Source: Thermoplasmata archaeon
Lineage (GTDB): Archaea > Thermoplasmatota > Thermoplasmata > Lutacidiplasmatales > UBA184
Direction of reading: 5' to 3'
DNA: 41,043 nucleotides
Assembly (NCBI GenBank): GCA_030040915.1
Contig: JASHSI010000083.1
Coordinates: 1 to 41,043, forward strand
Below, one piece after another: positions 28,003 to 34,587 of this stretch (positions are counted from its first letter, which is position 1; each line of letters opens with the position of its first letter). The notes beneath the pieces were generated by a model. The model was not told the DNA's origin and made no database searches. It worked only from the letters and a program-made list of their open reading frames with translations. A program made the translations under genes and the position numbers.

Positions 28003-28671
28003 CTACCGTCGGGTGCCGCCCGACGGCCGGTACGTGAGGAGCGTCCCCGCCCCCTCCCGCTCGGACGAGACGAACTCGAGCGGGATCGCGTGGGCTTCGT
28101 CGGGGCTCTCGGGACCCGCCAACAGCGACGGGGCGGTCCGGCCCCCGATCAGGAGCGGCGCGACGTAGACGGTGAGCCGATCGAACTCCCGGGACCTCAG
28201 GACCGACGCGAGGACCTCGGAGCCTCCCTCGACCATCACCGGGTCGAGGCGCCGGCGGACGAGCTCGGGCCACAGCCGGTCGAGCTCCACCCGCTCGCGC
28301 CCGGCGACGAAGGTCTCCACCCCGCTGGGGAACGACCGGTGGCACCTCTTCGTCGTGGCGACGAGCGTCGGGGCGCTCCCGTCGAGGACCCTCGCTCCCT
28401 CGGGGGTCCGACCCGTCGAGTCGAGCACGATGCGCGTGGGATCCGGCCCGGGCGCGCTCCCGAGGCCCCCCCAGTCGACCCGCAGCGACGGGTCGTCGGC
28501 GACGACGGTCCCGACCCCCACGAGGATCGCCCGCGCGGCCGCCCGCATCCGGTGGACGCGTACGAGGTCCCCGGGGCCGGAGAGCCTCGCGCGCCGCCCC
28601 CCGGCGTAGGCGAGCTTGCCGTCGAGCGAGACCGCGCAGTTGACCCAGACGGTCGGCCGCTCGGCGCTCAC
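28003..28671 (-). CDS. 2,5-diamino-6-ribosylamino-4(3H)-pyrimidinone 5'-phosphate reductase (RibD C-terminal-domain type)
   Basis: VWVNCAVSLDGKLA, ILVGVGTVVADDPSL and VMVEGGSEVLASVL. GTG start overlaps the upstream stop (GTGA). Confidence 0.85.
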   Translation of the reverse strand: MSAERPTVWVNCAVSLDGKLAYAGGRRARLSGPGDLVRVHRMRAAARAILVGVGTVVADDPSLRVDWGGLGSAPGPDPTRIVLDSTGRTPEGARVLDGSAPTLVATTKRCHRSFPSGVETFVAGRERVELDRLWPELVRRRLDPVMVEGGSEVLASVLRSREFDRLTVYVAPLLIGGRTAPSLLAGPESPDEAHAIPLEFVSSEREGAGTLLTYRPSGGTRR

Positions 28672-30176
28672 GGGGCCGGCTCCCCGAGGAGCTCGGCGAG
28701 GGCCCCGGAGAGCCCCCGGGTGTCGATCCCCTCCTTCGCGAGCTCCTCGAGGTTCGCGCGGACGTTCGCCGCCGCGCCCGTCGCCCCGGCCTCGGCGAGG
28801 GCGATCCCCGAGAGGAGATCGCTCGCGATGGTCGCCTTGATCCGGCCCTCGACCCGCCGCGCGAGATCGGCCGTCCTCCGTGCGAGTCGGGTCGTTTCGA
28901 GCGGCACCTCCGCGGCCCGCCGGAGCGCGGCGCGGAGCGCCTGGCGGCGCTCGACGTCCTGCGGGTCGACCTTCCGGGCCCGACGGGTCGACCGGACCTC
29001 CTCGTAGGAGCGCGCGTCCTCGTCGACGAGTTCGATCAAACGGGAGCGCGCCTTCTCGAGCTCGGCGAGGGCCTCGTCGAACTCCGGGTCGGTGGGTGGC
29101 GACTCCGCCGGCCGACTGAACCGGATCGCCATCTCGACTAGCGCCGCCCCCAGAGCGGCCGCGGCCGCGCACGCGCTTCCCCCCCCGGGGGTCGGGGTCC
29201 GCGCGGCCACCCGGCGGGCGAGCTCCGCCACGGAAAGTCCCGACAGCCCGACCTCCCCCGCGGGGGGGGCGGGCCGGTCGACCGCGCCAAGACGGCGCTC
29301 CAGGAGCCGCGACCGGTCGAATCCCTTGAGCGCGAGATAGCGCTCCGCCGCCTCGAGGAGCGCCTCCTCCGGGACGAGGCCGACGATCTCCGAAGACGTC
29401 ACCTCGACCCCGCGCTTCTTCGCTTCGGCCCGGACGGCCTCGAGGGCCTGCGAGATGGAGGTCCGGTGGACGTCGGTGAGGTTCATCGAGACCTGGGCGG
29501 TCGGTGGGGTCCCCGCCTCGAACCCGAGCGCCTTCACCGCGGGCAGGCCCCCGTCGCGCTCCCGGATCGCGTGCGCGATCGATCGCGCGATCGCGACATC
29601 GGGGGTCGATAGGTAGGCGTTGTAGGCGATGAGGACCGGCCGCGCCCCGACCGCCACGATCCCGGCGGTCGGATGGACCCGGGGCTCGCCGATGTCCGGG
29701 GCGCGCACCGGATCGGTCGCGATCTCGGCCCGGATCCCCTCGAACTCCCCGCGGCGGAGGACCGAGAGGTCGGCGTGCTCGGGGCGACGCGCGGCCGCAC
29801 CGTAGAGATAGACGGGAAGGCCGAGCTCGGTCCAGAGCCGTCGGCCGAGCCGCTCGGCGAGCGTCGCCGCCTCCTCGATCGTCGCGTCGCCGAACGGAAC
29901 GAACGGGACGACATCGACGGCCCCCATCCGCGGGTGCTCCCCGCGGTGGTGGTTGAGGTCGATCGTTTCGATCGCCACCTTCGCCATCCGCACGAGCGCC
30001 TCGACGAGCGGATCCCCCTCGCCCGCGAGGGTCACGACCGAGCGGTGGTGGGCCGGATCGAGCTCGACGTCGAGGACCACGAGGCCGTCGACCGACCGCC
30101 CGGCCTGGACGATCCGGTCGACCTTGCCCGCGTCCCGTCCCTCGGAGAAGTTCGGGACCGACTCGAACAGCTTCAC
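28668..30176 (-). CDS. bifunctional glutamate formimidoyltransferase / formimidoyl-THF cyclodeaminase
   Basis: N-terminus (M)KLFESVPNFSEGRD is typical of formiminotransferase. The C-terminal cyclodeaminase segment is TPTPGGGSACAAAAALGAALVEM. GTGA overlap with the fen stop. Confidence 0.85.
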   Translation of the reverse strand: MKLFESVPNFSEGRDAGKVDRIVQAGRSVDGLVVLDVELDPAHHRSVVTLAGEGDPLVEALVRMAKVAIETIDLNHHRGEHPRMGAVDVVPFVPFGDATIEEAATLAERLGRRLWTELGLPVYLYGAAARRPEHADLSVLRRGEFEGIRAEIATDPVRAPDIGEPRVHPTAGIVAVGARPVLIAYNAYLSTPDVAIARSIAHAIRERDGGLPAVKALGFEAGTPPTAQVSMNLTDVHRTSISQALEAVRAEAKKRGVEVTSSEIVGLVPEEALLEAAERYLALKGFDRSRLLERRLGAVDRPAPPAGEVGLSGLSVAELARRVAARTPTPGGGSACAAAAALGAALVEMAIRFSRPAESPPTDPEFDEALAELEKARSRLIELVDEDARSYEEVRSTRRARKVDPQDVERRQALRAALRRAAEVPLETTRLARRTADLARRVEGRIKATIASDLLSGIALAEAGATGAAANVRANLEELAKEGIDTRGLSGALAELLGEPAP

Positions 30177-31198
30177 GAGGCTCCGAACGCGTCGAGCTGG
30201 GCCTGCTTCCGGCCGTCCGGGGGCAGCGTCCGGGGCGGCGGCGGGCGTTGTGCGCGGGTCAGGGCGGACCGGACACGCTCGGCGGAGAATCCCCGGCCGG
30301 CCACCAGGAGTTCCTCGACACGGGCCGCGTCGATCGGGCCGAACGTCACGTCCGGGCTGGGAGCGATCACGGGGCTCCGGAAGATCTGGGCGGCCTCCTC
30401 CACCGCCGCCGGATCGAGGCCGGCGGTCCGGAGCGTCGCCTCCCATCCCAGGTGGCGCTGGGCGAGCTTGAGCGCCTTCTTCGGCCCATAACCCTTCGCG
30501 CCGTCGTTGAAGTCGGTCCCGACGAGGAGCCCGATCAGGAGGAGCTCCTCTCGATCGATCGCGAGCTCCTCGAGGAGCCGGTCGAGCTCGATGAGCTGCG
30601 CCGCCGGCTGGTCGCCGGAGCGGGCCCGCGCGGCGAGTCCGCGGATCAACCGGGGGGAACCGAACAGGAGGGAGTCGTAGTCCTCGGAGCCCGACGCCCA
30701 GACGGCGCCATCGGCGGCCATCCGGGCCGCCTGGGCCTCCCCCTCGGACGGCGCCTGGACCGTTGGGACCCCGAGAGCCCCGAGGAGCTCGATCGCCTCG
30801 GCGGCCATCGGGCGGGTGAACCGGCTCGTCGCGGCCGCCTTGCGCCGGGCCGTCTCGAGGTCGTGGCGCTCCAGCGCGTCCTTCCACTCGGCCTCGGCCC
30901 GCTCCTTGGCCCGGAAGCGGGCGCCGAGCGTCCCGGCCTTGAGCTCCGGCGGTTTCCCGTCGAACACCCAGATGGGCCGGACCCCCTGGGCGAGGAGGGA
31001 GGCGGTCCGGTACAGGACCCCGATGAGGTGGCTCGTGACGTGGCCCTCGGAGTCCGAGAACGGCTGCCCGTCCCGCTGTCGTACCGTCGCGAGGAACTGG
31101 TAGACCGCGTTGTTCCCATCGACGGCGAGCCGGCGGCCCGAGAGCTCCGTCCAGGCGATCTCCCGGGGGTGGACGAGGTCGGTGAACGGGAGCCCCAT
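30173..31198 (-). CDS. fen: flap endonuclease 1
   Basis: LAVDGNNAVYQFL, PIWVFDGKPPELK, QAPSEGEAQAA, SEDYDSLLFG and LVGTDFN. C-terminal PIP-box-like QAQLDAF. Confidence 0.92.
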   Translation of the reverse strand: MGLPFTDLVHPREIAWTELSGRRLAVDGNNAVYQFLATVRQRDGQPFSDSEGHVTSHLIGVLYRTASLLAQGVRPIWVFDGKPPELKAGTLGARFRAKERAEAEWKDALERHDLETARRKAAATSRFTRPMAAEAIELLGALGVPTVQAPSEGEAQAARMAADGAVWASGSEDYDSLLFGSPRLIRGLAARARSGDQPAAQLIELDRLLEELAIDREELLLIGLLVGTDFNDGAKGYGPKKALKLAQRHLGWEATLRTAGLDPAAVEEAAQIFRSPVIAPSPDVTFGPIDAARVEELLVAGRGFSAERVRSALTRAQRPPPPRTLPPDGRKQAQLDAFGAS

Positions 31199-31220
31199 TT
31201 TCGCCCGACGAGCGGCCGCG

Positions 31221-31227
31221 AGTACTT
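31221..31227 (-). promoter_or_regulatory. weak TATA-like element (AAGTACT on minus) for fen
   Basis: Centre at 31224, ATG at 31198. Confidence 0.25.
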
Positions 31228-31274
31228 GGAGGTTCGGAGCCGCCGCCGGACCCAGCCCCCCTGTCGCTCGCAGG

Positions 31275-31282
31275 CTAAGTAG
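31275..31282 (+). promoter_or_regulatory. TATA-like element (CTAAGTAG) for the PAC2 gene
   Basis: Centre about 31278, ATG at 31304, so the mRNA would be leaderless. Confidence 0.3.
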
Positions 31283-31303
31283 ACCAACGCCTACTTCCGC
31301 CGC

Positions 31304-32083
31304 ATGGACGAAGGGCCCCAGTGGGCCGACGAGGGCGGGAGCGTGCTCGCGCCCGGGGCGGTCCTCCTGTCGAGCTTCCCGAGCGCGGGACTCGCCGCGA
31401 CCGTCGCCGCCCACTACATCGTCCAGACGATCCCCCTGCCGCGCATCGGGCTCGTCCGGCACCCGGGACTCGCGTCGATCGCGGTCGTCCAGGGGGGGGC
31501 CGTCCAGCCGACGATCCGCGTCCACGGCCGGCCGGACATGGGTCTCGTCCTCTCCGAGCTCCCGGTCCCACCGTCCGAGGCGACGGGGGTCGCCCGGCTC
31601 ATCCTCGACGGGGCCGAGCGTCGGAAGGTCCGGATGCTGATCGGCCTCGAGGGGGTCGTCCCGCACCCGGAGGGGGACGGGTCGAACGACGACACCGCCG
31701 AGTTCGTCTGGGCCGCCGTCTCCCGCTCGGACCCCGCGCTCACCGCCCGCCTCAAGGAGGCGAAGGCCCGGATCCTCGACGACGGGATCATCGGCGGGGT
31801 GTCGGGGGGGCTCCTCGTCGAGGCGCTCACCCGCCCGATCCCGGTCGTGGTGCTGCTCGTGAGCGCCCGCCCGTCCGAGGAGGGGTTCCCCGATCACCGG
31901 GCGGGCGCCGCGCTCATCGAGACGCTCGACCGGCTCCTCCCCGACCTCAAGATCGACACGGGGCCGCTGAGGTCCCGCGCCGAGATGATCGAGCGGGCCC
32001 TCCGAGGCACGCTCAAGAACCGGCCGTCGCGGCCCACGCCCGAGCCGGCGGGTCCACCCCCAGAACCGACGATCTACGGATAG
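31304..32083 (+). CDS. PAC2-family proteasome assembly chaperone (PbaA/PbaB-like)
   Basis: Overall PAC2-like pattern (LLSSFPSAGLAATVAAHYIV ..., GGVSGGLL) and a C-terminal hydrophobic-Tyr-X (HbYX) ending, IYG. Confidence 0.7.
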   Translation: MDEGPQWADEGGSVLAPGAVLLSSFPSAGLAATVAAHYIVQTIPLPRIGLVRHPGLASIAVVQGGAVQPTIRVHGRPDMGLVLSELPVPPSEATGVARLILDGAERRKVRMLIGLEGVVPHPEGDGSNDDTAEFVWAAVSRSDPALTARLKEAKARILDDGIIGGVSGGLLVEALTRPIPVVVLLVSARPSEEGFPDHRAGAALIETLDRLLPDLKIDTGPLRSRAEMIERALRGTLKNRPSRPTPEPAGPPPEPTIYG

Positions 32084-32104
32084 CCCGGGGAACCCCCGGC
32101 CCGA

Positions 32105-32275
32105 CTACGCGCTGAAGCTCTCCCGGTAGGTGAGGAGATAGAATCCGCCGACGATCATCACGGTGATGAGCCCGAGGATCGCGAGCGGGTTCGAGGCGAA
32201 CTTCCAGACGGTGATCCCGATCAGGATCGCCGGCAACAGGAACGCGGCAAGGACCGTGAACACCCGGCCGTCCAT
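32105..32275 (-). CDS. 56-aa two-TM microprotein, too short for the supplied ORF track
   Basis: Manual translation gives MDGRVFTVLAAFLLPAILIGITVWKFASNPLAILGLITVMIVGGFYLLTYRESFSA*. TATA-like CTTTAAG is centred 30 nt upstream of the ATG. High GC3. Confidence 0.5.
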   Translation of the reverse strand: MDGRVFTVLAAFLLPAILIGITVWKFASNPLAILGLITVMIVGGFYLLTYRESFSA

Positions 32276-32301
32276 GGACCGGGGTCCGACGCCCTGACCC
32301 T

Positions 32302-32308
32302 CTTAAAG
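32302..32308 (-). promoter_or_regulatory. TATA-like box (CTTTAAG on minus) for the 56-aa ORF
   Basis: Centre at 32305, ATG at 32275. Confidence 0.4.
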
Positions 32309-32376
32309 CCTCGGCGAGCGCCGACGGGTCCCGATCCGGGTCGGGCGCCGTTCGCTGCCGGGCGCGGACCTCTCGC

Positions 32377-32835
32377 CTACGTGGCCGTCCGTCGAACGGT
32401 GCGCTGGATCGCCGACACCCCACCGGCCACCGGTGGCTTCCAGAAGAACAGGTGGGTCCCCCCGTAGGCCGCGAGCAGGGTCCCCACGAGGAAGCCGGCC
32501 CCGAGGGCGAACGGGAGGTTGATCAGGAACAGGACGATCCAGATCCGCGCGCCGTCGAGCCGATGGCGGCTCGGGAGGGCGTAGGCGAGGAGCGCGATGA
32601 GGGCCACGAGGCCGCCGGTGACGATCATCGAGAGTCCCTGAGCCCCGGGGTCCCCCGGGAAGACGATCGAGTAGACGAGCCCGAGCTGCGCCCCGTACGC
32701 CTCGACGAGCGCTCCTTGGACCCCGATGAGGAACCCTCCGGCGATCGTGGCCACGACCGGGGCGACGGGGCCCGTCCCGGCGGCGAAGTACTCGCGCGGG
32801 TGCGGGATGTACGACGGCTTCGGACCCGCGCTCAC
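32377..32835 (-). CDS. polytopic membrane protein (152 aa, about 4 TM), family not recognised
   Basis: Hydrophobic segments VAPVVATIAGGFLIGV, LSMIVTGGLVALIALLAYAL, IWIVLFLINLPFALGAGFLVGTLLAAYG. GTG start is preceded by the SD-like GGGGGGAT. Confidence 0.7.
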   Translation of the reverse strand: MSAGPKPSYIPHPREYFAAGTGPVAPVVATIAGGFLIGVQGALVEAYGAQLGLVYSIVFPGDPGAQGLSMIVTGGLVALIALLAYALPSRHRLDGARIWIVLFLINLPFALGAGFLVGTLLAAYGGTHLFFWKPPVAGGVSAIQRTVRRTAT

Positions 32836-32928
32836 CGATCCCCCCCAGCTCCGCCGGACGGTGGTAAGGCTTCCGGGACCCGGGTCGTCGGAGGATCGAG
32901 GCCCGCCGTAGGGGCACGGTCCCCGGGG

Positions 32929-33840
32929 CTAACCGGTCGGGTCGCCCGCGGAGGGGCGGAGAACCTCGAAGGTGAGCTCCACGCCGTCCGGTCGAGGTTG
33001 AGCGGCGACCGGGGCGAGCCGGTGCGCGATTGGACCGATCGGTTCGATCTCCTCCGTCGGTTCCTCCCCCTTGGGGAACAAGGACCGGACGGGACCAGCG
33101 CGCGCGATGGCGGCGCTCCGCTCGGCGCGGAGGACCGCTTCGGCCGGCTGGATGAGCTCGCGCTCGACGAGCCCGGCGACGACGTCCCCCCAGTACCGTT
33201 CCAGGTGGGCGATCGGAAGCCGACGGGCGGCCCGCGCGAGCGATTCGTTGTCGAGTACCTGGAGCGTGGCGTGGCCGCGCTCCCGCTTCTCCACGAACGG
33301 CTCGACGAAATGCAGGCGGGCGAGGGTCCGCTCGGCGAGGGCCCGGCGCTCCCCCTCGCACTCGAACGGCTTCACCACGAAGAGCTTGAGCGCGCTCGAG
33401 GCGCGGGCGGCCGATTCGAGGACCCAGGGGAGGGCCCCGGTCCCGCTGCCACCGCCCAAGCTCGCGACAATCGTGACGAAGTTCGCCCCTTCAAAGACCC
33501 GGTTGAGCGCCGGGACCGCCGAGCGCGCGAGCTCCGAGCCGACCGCGGAGGAACCCCCCGTGTCCGGATCCGCGCCGGACTCCGGCGCGAGGCAGATCCG
33601 CCGGTCGAACTCCTCGAGGTCCTGGACCCGGGCGTCGCAGTTGATCGCCACCGTCTCAAGGTACGGCAGGTGCCGACGGGCGACCGCCCGGCCGACCCGG
33701 ATGCCCCCGCCGCCCACCGCCGCCAGGACGAAGCGCAGGTCGTGTCCGAGGCGGGTGGTCTCGAACACCTCCGCGTCGTACCCTTCGGCCGGGCCGAATC
33801 CCTCCGCATGATCTCCCGAGCGTCCCTCCTCCCCCTGCAT
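32929..33840 (-). CDS. FtsZ/tubulin-superfamily GTPase-domain-only protein (303 aa)
   Basis: T1 loop AAVGGGGIRVG, VAINCDA, tubulin signature SLGGGSGTGALP, KPFECEGERR and VLDNESL align colinearly with the FtsZ N-domain. ATG 33840 follows the SD AGGTGG by 7 nt. The track start GTG 33849 is an alternative. Confidence 0.8.
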   Translation of the reverse strand: MQGEEGRSGDHAEGFGPAEGYDAEVFETTRLGHDLRFVLAAVGGGGIRVGRAVARRHLPYLETVAINCDARVQDLEEFDRRICLAPESGADPDTGGSSAVGSELARSAVPALNRVFEGANFVTIVASLGGGSGTGALPWVLESAARASSALKLFVVKPFECEGERRALAERTLARLHFVEPFVEKRERGHATLQVLDNESLARAARRLPIAHLERYWGDVVAGLVERELIQPAEAVLRAERSAAIARAGPVRSLFPKGEEPTEEIEPIGPIAHRLAPVAAQPRPDGVELTFEVLRPSAGDPTG

Positions 33841-33878
33841 TGCAACCACCTACGTTCCGCCGTGTCCCGCGCCGCCGC

Positions 33879-34382
33879 CTACCTGCCGACGACCCCCTTG
33901 CGCTCCAGCTCCTCGCTGGTGCGCCCGAGCGCGCGAAGACGGTCCCGGGCCTCCGCCGCGCCCTTCACCGAGGCGCGGTGGCGTCCGACCGTCTCTTGGA
34001 CCTTCAACTCGAGCTCGCCGCGACGGACGAGCTGCGCCAGGAGGTCGGCGAGCTCCTGGCCGTTCGAGGCGAGCTCTCCGTACGCCTGGAGGGTCTCGAC
34101 CTCCTCCTCCCGCAGCCGGACCGGGACCTCGACGAGGTCGAGGGGCGAGGCCAGCGCCCTCGCGGCAGGGATTGCCTGCGCGGCGCGTTCGCGAAGGAAG
34201 TTCTGCAGCGCCGCCCGGACGATCTCCGAGCGGTTCCTGAACTCCCCGCTCGCGACGAATGAATCGACGAGTTGAAGCTCCCGGATGTTGCACCGGACGG
34301 CGATCCGCTCATCCTCGGGCCCGATCCGGTGGGCCCGGCGAGCCCGCTCCTCGGGTCCGTGGTCTTCCGGTTTGTCGAACAC
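33879..34382 (-). CDS. ribbon-helix-helix (CopG-like) DNA-binding protein with a second RHH-like module and coiled-coil tail
   Basis: ERIAVRCNIRELQLVDSFVASGEFRNRSEIVRAALQNFLRE is a textbook beta-alpha-alpha RHH. VEVPVRLREEEVETLQAYGELASNGQELADLLAQLVRRGE repeats the pattern. GTG start. Confidence 0.8.
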   Translation of the reverse strand: MFDKPEDHGPEERARRAHRIGPEDERIAVRCNIRELQLVDSFVASGEFRNRSEIVRAALQNFLRERAAQAIPAARALASPLDLVEVPVRLREEEVETLQAYGELASNGQELADLLAQLVRRGELELKVQETVGRHRASVKGAAEARDRLRALGRTSEELERKGVVGR

Positions 34383-34412
34383 GACGGGGTCGAGTTATGC
34401 AAATTCCATCTA

Positions 34413-34419
34413 CTTAAAC
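34413..34419 (-). promoter_or_regulatory. TATA-like box (GTTTAAG on minus) of the RHH / FtsZ-like operon
   Basis: Lies in the most AT-rich patch of the window (34395-34425), centred 34 nt upstream of GTG 34382. Confidence 0.45.
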
Positions 34420-34540
34420 CAAAGCGTAGTCGCGCGTCGAAGCGGGTTCGATCGCCCCGAGCGCCGGTTTTTCGACGTGTCGAACAAGTTCCGACCCGCC
34501 GGATCCGCGGAGGGTTCGAGATGCGACCGCAGTATAACCG

Positions 34541-34564
34541 CCCGCGCGCGCGGGTTCCGGAACC
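34541..34564. repeat. two overlapping perfect palindromes: cccgcgcgcgcggg (34541-34554) and ggttccggaacc (34553-34564)
   Basis: Read directly. They lie 24-47 nt downstream (minus sense) of the stop of the Zn-ribbon membrane protein gene. Confidence 0.6.
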
Positions 34565-34587
34565 GTCCGGGCGTGGGCGCGGACGTT

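Noticed and set aside
34541-34554. Alternating (CG)n tract, considered as a CRISPR-like or simple-sequence repeat.
   Set aside because: It is a single 14-bp palindrome with no repeat-spacer periodicity. It is retained only as part of the palindrome pair in the intergenic finding.
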